From: Bispira polyomma
Taxonomy: Eukaryota
Assembly: GCA_965649765.1 (NCBI GenBank)
Contig: OZ287752.1
Span: 27,094,001 to 27,158,000 of the forward strand
DNA: 64,000 nt
Direction: 5' to 3'
Shown here: in pieces, positions 39,259 to 52,945 of the stretch
Numbering within the stretch: position 1 is the first letter of the stretch
How the letters are laid out: each line of letters opens with the position of its first letter
Translations under genes and position numbers: made by a program
The notes under the pieces: generated by a model
The model's input: only the letters and a program-made list of their open reading frames with translations
What the model was told of the DNA's origin: nothing
Database searches by the model: none

Positions 39259-39830
39259 CTGAAAATCATTTTGTGTGTAAATCATACAATATATCATTGA
39301 AATGTTCACTCTGATATTGTTAGCCCAATAGGCTATTGTGTATTTATTATGAATTAAACAAAGACACATTTCTAGCTACAGATTTGTTGTACCTTGGCTG
39401 TCAGACAAGACTCTGACTCTTTTTCTGTTTAGATACTGTACTGGTATATCCTAAATCCCAGTTATATAATTTTGAGCCCCACTTTGAGACATTATACAGT
39501 TACTATTGCTAGAGACAACAAATGGAAAATCTTATAAAATGACATTGTGTATATCATAATGTTTAGACGAAGTATTTATTATGCATACATTGTAGAAAGG
39601 AACACTCCCATATGTGAAGAAATTTTCACAATGAATAGACTTTAACCAGTTTAGTTCACACCTAATGTATCAATTAGCTGACTACATCAAAGTGTATTTG
39701 CCATTACAACATTTGTTGGTCCGCGGTCCACACTTCCTGTGTTAATATTCTACTTTTTCCCAGTACTGAACCCTTAAAATGTGTTAACACTGGTAAATTC
39801 TACATTAAAAATATATATGAGGCCATTATG

Positions 39831-40074
39831 AGGTCACAGTGGCCTAGTGGTTAGGGAGTTGGCATGATGATTAGAAGGTCCCAGGTTCTACTCCCGGTAC
39901 CGGTGGCTAGTTTCATTGGTGGAATAACAACTTTGGGCAAGATAAGTTCACGCATTTGCCTAGTGACTCGGATGATCACTTAAAATGGGGGTCCTCTATC
40001 ACTGGATTCCAAGTGTCAAGCTAAAGATCCTTGGGGACGTTGATAAATGGTTATTCTCAAGCCTCTCTTTTCAG
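39831..40074 (+). mobile_element. tRNA-headed SINE with Meta-like core (related pieces ~3465-3575 on -, 42428-42715 on +)
   Basis: GTGGCCTAGTGGTTAG head; CGGATGATCACTTAAAATGGGGGTCC..CTAAAGATCCTTG core; domain name is from recalled similarity. Confidence 0.65.
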
Positions 40075-40558
40075 ACCTATGTTTTTTTCAGAAGGCTCAG
40101 CTTTTACCTGGTTTGATAATTTTCTAAAGTAAACTATAAAGAATTATGGAAAATTGAATTAAATTGATTCAAATACAATATTAATATCTATTTTTTAAAG
40201 GACATAGAATCCAGTGAATATTGGTCGAAACATTTATGTTAAAAATAAATATTGTATATTGGTAGTAACTTTGATATATGTGTGATTATTAAAGATACAA
40301 ATTTCAGTTATATGTCCTGATACAAAAATTATTACATTTTATGATTGTTTCCCACAGAATTAAAAGCGATTCAGTATTTGTAGAGACATTTATAAACCAA
40401 CTGTAAAAATATCCTTTGTTGAACTGCCTTGAACATATAGCTCGAACGGTCTAAAAAAAGAGAGTCAAAACGTTTCGGCAGGCGAGTGATCTGATAATAC
40501 AAAATACAGGCAAAGATAAGGTAATGAAGCGACATTAAAAACCCACAAATAAACATAC

Positions 40559-40746
40559 CGGGATGTACCAGTAAATGCGGCCTTAAACCCTTCTGTTTAA
40601 TCATCTGCATGGCAGCAGGTGCTGGTGCAAAGACATCACTGTGATTGACAGAAAAGCCCAGCCTTTGTAGCTCACTCAGCAGGTGAGATTTAGTCTGAGT
40701 CGTTGTGTTAGTACAGAATCGAACTGGAACTCCTCTTTCCTTCAAT
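40559..40746 (-). CDS. LHPP: LHPP exon 2 (LKERGVPVRFCTNTTTQTKSHLL...APAPAAMQMIKQKGLRPHLLVHP)
   Basis: tttcag|A...G|gtatgt; VRFCTN, APAPAA and GLRP match LHPP. Confidence 0.96.
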
Positions 40747-42091
40747 CTGAAACAGCAACAGTGGCTGTGGTCACAAATAACTCAATATATGTTTGTCTTG
40801 TATTGACAACATTTACTCTTGCATTCTATACAGGCATTCATAATATAGGTCGAGATATATACAGGTCTGTTGTCTTTTTAAAGCTAATTAAGCAAGGGAA
40901 ATGAAAACCACAACATACACCACTTTAAGATAATGAATTAAAGTACAGAACACTGTATTTTACGATGATTGATTGTTTGCATAAAATTTGCATAAAATTC
41001 CTTCATTATCGCTAATATACACATGCTTCACTTCCGATGTATACATCAGCCACAGACTCAATAAAAAACATGACGCAGAATTAATCACTTGTATATCAAG
41101 TACCAATCTCCATATAAGAATATTTGACTGCCTTTGAGACCAACGCATAATTAGCTTACTTATATATAAGAGGATCCAATGTCTATTTGTTTTCTTAAGC
41201 GTCTGACACCCCACCTGTAATTATTTTGTTTTACTTTGAAGAAATCCATCTTTTACACATAGATATGTATGTCAAACAGTGTTATATGACAGACCGTAGC
41301 CCTAAGATAGGACGTTATGTGGTTCCAGTGGTTGAACGCTAACATATGCGATATTTACTAATGTCCTATCTTAGGACTAAACTGACCATAACCATACTGT
41401 AAAATTATAACTTTAGTAAAAATCGCCTATACATGCACAGGCGGAGTATTTTGCCGCCAATGATGGCTTTTTAACTGATGGATAGCCAATTGGCGACAGA
41501 GCACTACCATAACCAAATTAAAATCGGTATATATATAGAGATAGGATCTGGTAAAAAAAAAATACATACCCTCATTCCTTGTATATGATATAGTAGCTGA
41601 TTTTGTCTTACTTCATGCTGACACGGTATATATAAATTAATATAACATAATAACCAAAGCACAAACATTGGAACAACTCTTTCGCACATGTTTCGTCAGA
41701 CTAAATTTATAACGTTTTGCTTATGGTAGACATTCTGTCCCTTTTTGTGATTCAGCCGTCAAAATAACAGCAAGGAATCTCGCTAAATGGGGACAGATTA
41801 TTCGGTCTAATATGTGCACTACCATTAAACACATACAGTACCGATACATCATTTCTTAGGGTTAGACCGACCGTGGTATTGTGATTTACCCGCAGATACA
41901 ACTGCCTCTAGTTATATAACTTATAATTCATTTATTGTATGGTGGGAGATTAATGACAGGTGGCCGAATTATGACCACAACCAGAAGAGAGCGCACAACC
42001 TTGCAGCAGAAATTACATGAACATTGATAGTGTATTGTGGAATCTACCTATTATCGCCCATACTAAATGTGTACAATAATGATAAGCCTAC

Positions 42092-42231
42092 GTTTTAACA
42101 GCTTCAATTGAACCAGGAATCGGGATTTTCACACCGTCAACTGAATCATAACAAACACCGTAAATATCTAGCAAAAATCCGCGAATATTTGCAAACTGCT
42201 TCAACCAGTTCTTATTAGACATAGCCGCCAT
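42092..42231 (-). CDS. LHPP: LHPP exon 1 (MAAMSNKNWLKQFANIRGFLLDIYGVCYDSVDGVKIPIPGSIEAVK)
   Basis: ATG at 42231 (second ATG at 42222), AC|gtaggc donor; HAD motif I region aligns with human LHPP RGVLLDISGVLYDS. Confidence 0.92.
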
Positions 42232-44213
42232 TTCGCTTTTCTATCAAATCCTTCAGCCGAAGATCATATATCTTTTAACGTACCGAGTTGTCCTTGATTC
42301 TGGCTCTGTGGAGAGCTGGGTAACTAAGATACACCTGTTTAAAGAAAAAATGATTGATATCAATATTTAATATCACTATCCAGAGAATAAATTGTTATTA
42401 ATTTTCCCGTTAGCTCTAATATTAGCCCTAAAGATCCTTGAGGACGTTGATAAATGATCATCCTCATTAAAAATATACATGAGGCCATTACGAGGTCCTA
42501 GTGGTTAGAGGGTTGCTCTGATGATCAGTGGCAGGCTAAAGATCCGTGAGGACGTTGATAAATAGTCATCCTCAAAACCTCTCTTTACAGTTAGGGGAAT
42601 ACAACAGTAAATGATGCAGTTGGCTATTACAGTCCGAAAAGGGTTAATTAGTGCTCTGGATACCAAGTTAATGTAGATATACCAGTATGAATGTGAATAC
42701 GAACATTAATTATTATAGTGAGGTTACTGTCCTGTTTGTGATCAGAAGTAATGTGGGCATAGCCTCTTTAAAGGATTAATTTACTTCAGTTATCTCCTTT
42801 TGCGATAAGTTCTATAATAATAAATCATAACATAGATCTAGTTGTTATAGAGTGAAGCTTAATTATAACATATACATTGAATTTCAAACCGATTATCGCT
42901 GTTACCTCAGTAAGAAACTTAAATAATAATCCATAAATTGTTTTATCAGCTGAACAGATACACCAATTTAGAATTTTATCCAATGTTGTCACGCACAACC
43001 ATTTTCACAGATTCAAAAGATTTTGTTGTAAATATTTCTTAACAATTTAACTCTGAAGATAATAAAATAAAAAAAAAAACCACCACAAAAAAAACAACAA
43101 AAACACACAACTGTTAAGAAAAAGCAAACCAAAAACTCTCCATTTGTAACAATAGTTTATTTCAGAGTAAATGTTACATTATATGTTATTAAAACAATTA
43201 GACTTTAATCTAAATAATTCAAGAAAAACCGTTCTTGCCTCAAAGTCTTTGGCTCATGTACTATATAAACACATTATGACGTTCAAACTTTTGATAACAA
43301 AAACACTGGAAGGCTGTTTTTATACTGGCTGTAGCTTATCAAGAAGAAATTATATGTGCCTTTTAATTTACATCGATGTAATTATTATTTTTTTCGTGAA
43401 TATAAGTGATAAAAGACCTCTATTTAAACATGTAGTCAATGTATTTTGCTATAATGAAGCTATACAAATATAGAAGTGATTTTATATTATTTATAATTTA
43501 GCATTATTGTCTTGTGATATGCATTTTAAACACACTTTATTGATATAAGGCATCTTCTTAAGTGCAACAACAGAATCAATTAATCGATGGAGAAGTAAAA
43601 AATCAGAGCGAAGGTCATAAGTAAGGATATAGGGGTGTACAGGAAAAGAACTATATTAAGGGGGTTAAACAAGTTAGGAGAGGTAGCTTTTTAAGCTTTT
43701 TTCTAAACCTAGAAAGTGTTTCAAGTGATCTAAGCTCAACTGGGAGACTATTCCATAACATTGGGGCTACTATAGAGAAAGTTCTAGATCCATATATAGT
43801 TCTCATATAAAGTAGTCAACTGTCACTTGTCAATATTATTACCAAGAAATGTCATTGCACATGATAAGTTAAAACATGCCTTTCCCCTGCTTGCTTCAGA
43901 TAAGTGGAATAAACACCACAAGTTGCTGTATTTCAAAGTAACCTAAACAAGGCACAAGAGTCTATTAAAACCTATATCTTTTCAGACCTGTCTCCACTAT
44001 TACCACTTTTTCCAGTGCAGTGTGGTGATTCCCTTTTTCTGATTATTCCATATGTGCTCATTGTTTGTTATAAAAGCTGATGCTACTAAATCGTCACTGC
44101 CCAGAACAAATCACAAAAGCTGTACTATAGGAATAAAACTATTCTATTTGTTGCTAATATATTTGTCATAAGACAACTAGTATGAATAGCTTCCTGTGTA
44201 CCTGTTCTACAAG

Positions 44214-44476
44214 GGGGCCGCGGTGGCCTAGTGGTTAGCAAGCATTGTGCTTCACAATGACTGGTCTCTCACCTCTGGGCGGTGTGAGTTCGAATCCCGT
44301 CAATGCCTATGTGGGAAAGGTGGTAGTTACTTACTGTGGGCCGCTGGTTTCAGTGCAGAACCTTAATCAACTGTATGCAGTGTTTCCTCCAGCGTTTCCA
44401 ACTACCCGTCCCAATATAACCTAAACAGGTACTAGAGTGGACGCTAAATATCCAAATTAAAAAAAAAACAACAAAA
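44214..44476 (+). mobile_element. SINE family A, perfect 14-bp TSD ACCTGTTCTACAAG
   Basis: TSD 44200-44213 / 44477-44490; A and B boxes (GTTCGAATCC). Confidence 0.95.
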
Positions 44477-45713
44477 ACCTGTTCTACAAGTGTATCACAA
44501 ATATATATTTAGTGTATAACTCAAATATTTAATTACTAATACTAGTTTCAATTTTACGTCAATGACTGGAATTTATAAAACTTCATACTGCCCTTTTCAA
44601 TAATTTTTTCTGTAATTTTGCCTGTTTGTAGTACTCCTGTTAGCTGGCGCTTCGATTTAATCTTCAGGATTTCGGAGATTCTGTACAATGGTATATACAT
44701 ATTTTTCACAATAATTGTACAACATTTGTGTGAAGAACAAATAAAGGTTTGGAAGTAAAGGAAACATAAACTTAGGCATCATACCTGCCCTAACCCCAGC
44801 AACAGACAGGCTTTTTCATCGATTTCAAACTGATAATAGTACACTGTTGTTCATTTTAGGAATGGCATTTTTGTGTAAACCAGAGAAGCTAATGTGATTT
44901 GCTGTAGACATCTTCCTTCCTACTGTCCCATTACTATCTATAATATCGTTGTTTTTCGTATACTGAAATGAAACAAAAGCTAAAATTCTGAGAATAAAAC
45001 CACAAACACACACACTGCGTTGATTTTTATCAGGCCCAGCCTGATGTTGTTTTCATTCCAAAAAAGAGCGCCACGATTGAAAAGGGTTGTCATCTTGGTG
45101 TTGATCCTTTTATTCTAATTTTAAAATATTGAAATATGTGTTCTGATTTTGTCAGTGCTAACTCAGAATCCACTAGAATGGAGATGAAGTGCTTGGTTTT
45201 TGGTTGATTAGTATTTGAAATATCTCCCCAGAGACCACTATTTATAAAGACACCACCCTTGTGTCTTCCCTTTGTCATTCTTTTTGACAAAGTTGTTGAT
45301 TGTTTTGAAAAGTAATTTGCCTAACTATTACTCCTAAATTTATCAAGAGATGTCAACAGAAAAAGACAAAAATTGAATACATACACTTAGTGTCATTTAC
45401 ATTAATGGCCCGTCCAGATCTATTACAGCTTTATCTCTAAAAATTGTTTCAGAAACGTTTCGATAAGTGAGGATTCGTAGCTCCATCATGAAAGTTTTAA
45501 TCTGTTCAAAAATACTATCCCAGATCTGCCATCCATCTGTGTGGTGAACATTGCAGTATGTGGCAGAAGGTGTGGGTTTGTTTCCATAAGTTTGCAAATG
45601 TGAGGATTAGTGACCATAAGTAACTAGTTTATGTACATTATCGTGGGCATTTGTCTTTAAAAGTGAGGATTAGTGACCATAAGTGAGTATTTAGTCTATG
45701 TTAGTTACCATGA

Positions 45714-46075
45714 AGGGCCTTACAATTCGCCATTTACACAACACAAGACTACATAAAAATAGTTATAAGGAAATATGTACTGACTTTACACACTAGTCCA
45801 GACACGACACTACACTTCATGGCATTGCAATTTAACTTGTAAAAATCTCTAATAAACGTCGTGTCGTTGGGCATTTCTATATTGTTTCTGCAAAAATGGC
45901 TTTAGTAAAATACTAATTTTCTGCCTCCCTTCCCCCTCGTGACTGTGGAGATGTATTTTTTATTTGTTGTGAAGTGTTGTGTCGTGGTTGGTGTGAATAT
46001 GACTGTCGTACATGTGTCATCCCCTGTGGTGTAGTGTGGTGCAGTATCGTGTAGTCGGCTGTTTGTAAGGCCCTT
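45714..46075. mobile_element. TIR element with ACACGACAC subterminal repeats (related copy ~58125-58413)
   Basis: AAGGGCCTTACA ... TGTAAGGCCCTTAA ends; shared internal motifs. Confidence 0.65.
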
Positions 46076-48816
46076 AAGTGTGTATTAATTGCATGTTGTG
46101 TTCACTCGTTCCATATAAGTGACATCTCCATGATATGTTAGTGTCAGAAGGTAACACAAACGTGACTTATATTTTTGATACCAAAATGTGACGTAAGAGG
46201 ATATCTACAGAAAGATCATCAAATTTAATTGATGTTATGTTCATTTATCCAACTCCACAAATAGCCACGTGAATACGTGTGAATGAGACCATGCAGGTCA
46301 TTAGAGATATCAGTTTGAATCAAGAATTAATCAAGAATTAAAATATTTTTTTGTGTAATTATCAGTCAAAACAAGAGATGTATTTTTAAATAGACACAGG
46401 CGTACAGTATGAAATACACTCACGTTAATATGGCCACTATATACTTAGGCTTATCTGACACCTCTCAGTTCCATTGCTTCCAACCAATCCATGAAGACCC
46501 TACATATTATTTCTAAGATGGTGGCGCCCCTTTTCACTGGCGGCGCCCTTTTTCAGAATGAAAACAACATCATGCAGCGCCTGATCAAAATCAGACTGTA
46601 TATATTACAACTACAATGTTGTGTCAGATTGATTTGTCTCCACGTTCTGGATAAAGTCTTTGAGGTTGTTATTCCTTGTTTCCCCAAGATAAAAGAAACA
46701 TCATATCCTACTACAAGTGTATTGGTGCATGAGAGTTACCCTAATTACCAGAATCTCCCCAGCCAGGAAGCTGTGAAAGTGGTCACCACTGGTGGTCATC
46801 ATTTCCCGAGGCTATCTTCTCTATACTCTCTTTAATTCTGGGCTGGTATTCTCAAAATAAACCCATGCTTAAACTCATATTGAACTCAATTATATAGGCC
46901 ATAAAGAAAATGAAAATCCTTATAAAAAATCCTTTTATTATAATAGAGCTTTCAACAGTGAATTCAAATATGAAGTCAGACATTAGATAGATTTACTCTA
47001 TCCAGAGTTAATAGAGAATCCAGATTTGAACTGAAAATGAGTTTGAGCTTAGTATACATTCTAGAATACAGTGGCCCCTGAAGCTCAACAATGCCTAATT
47101 AAGACAACCCTAAGATCTTAGATATGTTAACTGCGAGTGATTGTTTCATACATGTGAAAACAAGAACTATGGTGCTGTTATTATGTGTTCATAAAAAAAA
47201 TCATTATTTCGAATATGAAAAAGGTCCATTAACATTAAAAAAACACCTTGATAAAAAAAACAAACAATTGCTATATTTTTACATCTCATATTAAAATAAA
47301 TAGTCTGTTGACCATACTGGCTGAGTTTAAGTTGTTATAGTTTCAGCCTTTTTAAAGCAGGTTACCCCAGTTTCACCCCTCAACAGAGATTGCTCAGAAG
47401 TGTCCACTCCAATGGGTCCACTACCACTACTCCATGTCTTTCTGTTGTTTATATTCTGAGCAGCGGTGTTCTAAACTGAAAAACCTAGCGTAAGAAATGA
47501 GCCTCGAGGCTTTTCATCTCGGCTCAATCCAGGATAAAAAGCCTATATATTTTTGCACTAATGTTTAACTACAATAAATACTGTCCTGGTTAAGTTGGTG
47601 GCTTATTTGGCCTCACGTTTGAAACCTTAATCCAATAAAGTATTCAAATGTATATGTATTAGAAGAGAAAATTCAACATATTGCAATATGTGTAGTTTTA
47701 AATGAAATAAAAAGAGTGAACATTCACTTAAACTATAAAACGTCCTAGGTTACAAAATGTATAAAAGCCATTATGTGTTATAGTTTGAATGCTATACCTG
47801 TTAAAATTTATTAAAAAACAAACCAACAAACTTTTGAAAATTTATAATCGAATGAATTGGGCATTAAATGCTTTTATTATCTACTTGGCCACGTATACAG
47901 AGCATACGGAGGAGAATACGTACCGGGGAATATTTTTCGTATTCTCCTGTGGTGACGTCATCTGTGAGACAAAAATACAGGAATTTCCAACGTTTTAATG
48001 TTAATTTTATGTAATATTTCAGAGTAAAAAGTGTGGTTAACATAAAATATGAACTTTAAACAACAAAATGAATGGTATATTAAAACCGATATTTAGTGAT
48101 TTATAAATACTTATTTCAAGGTAATTCTTTATGGTAACAACTACTTATTGGCTTTCAGATGATTTGTGACGTCACAGTGGAAGGTAAGGATTATAGCAGT
48201 TTGCCTTAATATGAGGTCTCCGTCTCTAACACTGATGAGATTCCATTCTAAACTCCCACAGGAAAATAACAGGCGTGGCCCATTTCTGAGGCGAGGCTTT
48301 TTTTTATCAGCTCAAAACACCGGAAACCCTCACTGTGTGACACATCTCCCCTCCCACATCTCTAAGACAAGAAGTAGGAAAAGCCCCGCCTTGACTGGAT
48401 ATTTAGTTTAATGGCTATTTGAGTATTCTAAACACAGCTAGAGGCAGCTTCTGAAATCTGTTATTATGGCTGGTGCCAACTGCCACATTTGTGTTGTTGT
48501 TCTTTTTTATATGCCAGGTATTTATTTTGTCAGCATATAGTTTTCTTACAGCTAAATTAGCGATTGGGCAGAATTCAAGAAAATCTTTTAATTTAATAAT
48601 GTAAATATATGTGGTATAAAATGAAAACTGACTTATTATTAAAATTGACAAGGGTCTGTCATATTATGTATCAAATAATTAAATTTAAAAGACATGTTTT
48701 AGAATATAAAACAAACCAACAAGTGTCCTCATATTGGTTCTCCTTTAAAGGTAAAATGGATCACTATTTTGTTCGATTTAGTATATTGAAAGAACACATA
48801 GGCCAGGAAAGACGTA

Positions 48817-49187
48817 ACCTAAGCTTCCATTTTGCCGATTCTGATGTCAGCTGATCTTATATATTAGCCGATTGGATAAGATGTTGGTCAGATGTCGGTT
48901 GATTTATGCTTCCATACAGCCGATAAAAATAAATGCTTCTGTGTGTCTCATTTCATTGGAATCACGTTTTCAAATACGTATTCCACAAAAATACCCCCAA
49001 CAATTAGCCAGATGTGCAGATTTCTTTTCACTCCCTGGACAGAAAAAAACATCAAGCTTCAGCCAACATCTGATCTCATGTGTACTGTACAATTTGACAC
49101 ATAGAAGTGACTACACTGTAAGTATTGGGATAAAACAAGTCTGACAATGTCGGACGATATATGTCTGACACATGGAAGCGTAGGCTT
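48817..49187. mobile_element. TIR MITE (CCTAAGCTTCCAT ... ATGGAAGCGTAGG)
   Basis: Imperfect inverted ends with TAA flanks. Confidence 0.55.
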
Positions 49188-50490
49188 AAGTAAATATTTT
49201 CAAACAAGGAAACAAACAAAACTGAAGATTGAGGGCCAATCATATGTATCTCAATTATAATTGAATAGGCTTGTTTTAGTAAAAAAAACCCAACAATAAC
49301 AAAGTGTCATAATATTGGTTTCACTATGAAATACTTGTTCCATGGCAGTCAGCAGAAACAGGTCAAACTGAACAGTTTCAAGAACATTGAAAGTATTGGC
49401 TAGGAATTGAAGACAGATTTAAATCCCTGTTTACAAATAATATTTGACATTGAAATGCAACTACATGTAATAAATGACATCGCAATGTGTACAGTTATTG
49501 TACTAGTTAATTTTTTCTTCTCTTATTTATGGTGTGTATACATGTCACCTAGTGTCCTATTGTAATATCTAAACACAGTTTGTGATGTTCATATGATGAT
49601 AAACATGATTTGTATTGTACTTGTATTGTGTTATACCGTTTGGATATCACAATAAAATCCCTATAAGAAAAAAAAAACTGATTGTATTTATTTTAGACAA
49701 AATAGACATAAACCTGACATAAATTTAAGCTCATTAAAATATAGTTTTTAGCCAATACCACTGTTAATGGGTAAAATGTCGTCTTGCCATCCCAGCTTCC
49801 CTGTAGTGCAGGAATGGCCACAATCCAGTTATGATTTGATTGTGAGGTTTTGTTTATCCACGTTTTCTTAATGAAGAAGCACCTGCGGCCATTTTGCAGT
49901 GCTTCCGTGGATGCCAAAGAAAACAGATTACTTCTTGTTGTTTTCCGGGCACAAGCCTATAGATTAATTGATATACTGAATACAGTTCTATGGCATTAAT
50001 ACAACGGCAATACCAAAGAAAAAGAAAAAAAAACCAACCACACCATCTCAATATAAATGGATCATTAACTTACAGTTGTCAAATGACAGAAGTTTTAGTT
50101 TTCGTAGCTTTTTTAAAAAAACTTTGGAGATTTGAAACAAATACTGTAAGGTGTCTGACCTTTAGCTATGACCTCGAAGCAGTTGGTTCTAAGTGAAAAG
50201 ACTGTCGATTGAGCATATTAGCTGTATTGGCTAAGTTAGATCTAGATTTATTGACTCACTGTAACTTTTATACATTAACAAAGTTTAAGATCACCGTAAC
50301 TATATGAGTTTAAGAGTAGACTTAGCATGCACTTACATGCCTGTTAAAAACAATCTTATGTTAAGGTTACCTCAAGATTTGAAGAAGATAGTGTTAAGGT
50401 GGACTTAATGTGAGTGGGAAATGTAGATATAAATGTTCAGTTTTAAATGCACATTAATTAAATGAAAATGTTACAGTAAATATGTGAAAT

Positions 50491-50632
50491 CAGTAAATAC
50501 ATGTATTTACTGAAATTTTTAGTAAATACGCGTATTTACTGATTTGGTCAGTAAGTACGCGTAATCCCTAAAAATTTCAGTAAATACGCATACTTACTGG
50601 TTTTTGGGTCCAGTAAGTTCACGTATTGACTG
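50491..50632. repeat. Array of five 22-bp palindromes, consensus CAGTAAATACGCGTATTTACTG
   Basis: Units at 50491, 50520, 50549, 50578, 50611. Confidence 0.85.
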
Positions 50633-51446
50633 AATTATTTCATTACTCTTAACGTTTTTTTAAAAAATAAATTACTCTGATATACAAAATACCTATGGTG
50701 TGCATCTCAACAGGAGACTATTCTTGTTGAATATTACTTTGGCTGTGCGCCTTGTAGACAGTTTACAGAGTATTAGGCATTATAGATGCTAATACATTAC
50801 TTTACATGTTCATAGAGCAATATTTTTTATTTGGGTTTCCAATGTCGCCTTCAACAAATTGTATAAGTCATATAATGACGGGCTGCTTAAGTGATGGAGG
50901 AAACCAGTGTTTTTTTGTAGTTGATCAAGATTCTACACAATAAACAAGCGCCCATCGGCAAGTAACTTCAAACTTTCCGACTTAAAGCCCCACTCGAGAT
51001 TAAAACTGACCATTGAGGTGTGTTAGAGGCCCCTCGTAGTGCAGTATGAATTGAATTTAAATCAAAATATTAATGCATGGAACAGTTAGAGCAGCCTAGA
51101 CCAGGTTAAATGACTGGGTATTGAATATGGCAGGTGGTGGATATAAACAACAGCTTCACAGCTCTAATCACGGGGTTCCTCTTGGTTCATTTATTACAAT
51201 AATAAATGGATAGGATGAGCATTTATTGACAGGATCTTTATAAGGCTACCTTAACATCAAATTATTTTTTCATACAAAAGAAATAAACTGAAGTTTTAGT
51301 CAAAGAGAAAGTTTATATACATAGCTGAAACACAACCTTAAATGGAGGATATTCCGTCAGAGCTATATATATTTTATAAACTGAAGTTTTAGTCAAAAAC
51401 ATAGTTTGTGTGTCTTAGAAAACCATTTTCTTTTATATCTCCCTTT

Positions 51447-51745
51447 GTAGTCTCTGTGGCCTAGTGGTTAGAGTGTCGATCCTTGCTGCAGACCTGGAGA
51501 TTTGTACCCATGGACAAGGTACTTTACACAAAGTTGTCCCTCTTTACCCAGGTATATATATATATATATATATATGGGTTCCCGGCCGCGAATGGGTGTT
51601 AGTCTTTGTGTGCCGTATGTGGCAGCACGACTAGTATGTTTTCTGAGGGAGCTGACCTGAACAATTAGTTGACAAGTGGATAACCCAGGCTGGGGGGTGT
51701 AAACTGTAAAGTAGGCTTAGACTTCAATGGAGGTGATCAAATTGT
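51447..51745 (+). mobile_element. tRNA-headed SINE with Deu/Nin-like core (second copy ~1185-1440 on -)
   Basis: A-box, CCCAGGT(A)..ATGGGT core; both copies share TATGTGGCAGCA..GTATG..CTGAGGGA..GTTGACAAGTGG..CAGGCTGGGGG..TGTAAAGT. Confidence 0.7.
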
Positions 51746-52389
51746 ACACGAAATACATATAGCTAAAACACAATTTTTAAAGATATTCAGTCATAGCTAT
51801 ATATTTCATAGTTTATATTGTTCATCAAATATATTTTAAACTATTATATTTCAGTTGTAGTATATTGAAATGTATAGTGGGTTATGTAGATGTGCAAATG
51901 AAATAAGTGAGCATTAAAACTCTGACATTTAATAAGGTCACCAGAGCAGACTGGCCATTTTTCCCAACCTCCCAACCCCCAATATCTGGAGGCATTAATC
52001 ATGAGTGCCTCACTAATTACACGTGGTGGTCAGTTTTATAACATGGCGTAGTTGTATGCTGGATTAAGCACGTCAATAAAAAACAATTATCCTAGCCTTT
52101 CCTACCTTAAAATACATTTTCTCCAGTTGCAAAGCATACAAAAATATAAATCCTGTGTAATTTTAGGAGCCACATTTTATAATTAAATGCAATTTATGTG
52201 GGAATATAGGCAGGTACACTTGCTGCAGCAGAAGTGTCAGTTTTGGTTTGAAGAGCCAAAAAAACCATTGGCGAAATACCACTGCTTTGATTTCCTCCAC
52301 CAATGAAATGCCCAACGTAATAAGACACGAGACATGTTAAAAGCAAAGTCAAAGCCAAACTTAGCCCTTTCAACTCCAAAAGAAAACAA

Positions 52390-52945
52390 TCACTGGGAAC
52401 TGAAGGAATATATTATGGTAATATTTTACAGGTAGCTGAAGTCACTAAAACACACACCGCAGACTACTCCCGGCATTCAATAATCGCTCACATATAATTT
52501 TTTTCAAAACAGGGGAGTGTGCTGTACTGACAATTTCCTATTGGAAGAAAGCTGAAGGAAAATTAGAATAATAGTATTGGGGTGTCGACTGCTTTGGCGA
52601 CACACAGGGTCTTGGAGTACTAGATGCTGTCTACTGCTACCTGACATCATAAGGAGGGGCCGCGGTGGCCTAGTGGTTAGCAAGCATTGCGCTTCACAAT
52701 CACTGGTCTCTCACCTCTGGGCGGCATGAGTTCGAATCCTGCCGATGCCTATGTGGGAAATGTGGTAGTTCCTTACTGTGGGCCTCTGGTTTCAGTGCAG
52801 AACCTAGATCAACTGTATGCAGTATTTCCTCCAGCATTTCTAACTACCCGTCCCAGTATTACCTAAACAGGTACTAGAGTGGACTTTAAATATCCAAATT
52901 AAAAAAAAGAAAAAAAAAGACATCATATGGGGCCGAAAGGGTTAA
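52390..52945. mobile_element. piggyBac-like MITE remnant (related segments ~5150-5305, ~32250-32520)
   Basis: Ends GAAAGGG|TTAA; shared ACAATTTCCTA..CTGAAGGAAAA..GGGGTGTCGACTGC. Confidence 0.5.
52656..52917 (+). mobile_element. SINE family A, TSD core GACATCATA(A/T)GG
   Basis: Full-length, A-rich tail; inserted near the end of a piggyBac-like MITE. Confidence 0.93.

Noticed and set aside
44214-44305. tRNA genes suggested by A/B boxes
   Set aside because: They are SINE heads continuing into body, tail and TSD; no complete cloverleaf is evident.
48230-48285. Hammerhead ribozyme core (CTGATGA...GAAA)
   Set aside because: I could not build the three helices or a cleavage triplet by eye; other CTGATGA hits also failed. 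A covariance-model search would be definitive.
50491-50632. CRISPR-like array of palindromic repeats
   Set aside because: Linkers are only 7-11 nt, repeats are degenerate, there are no cas genes, and the context is a eukaryotic intergenic region.
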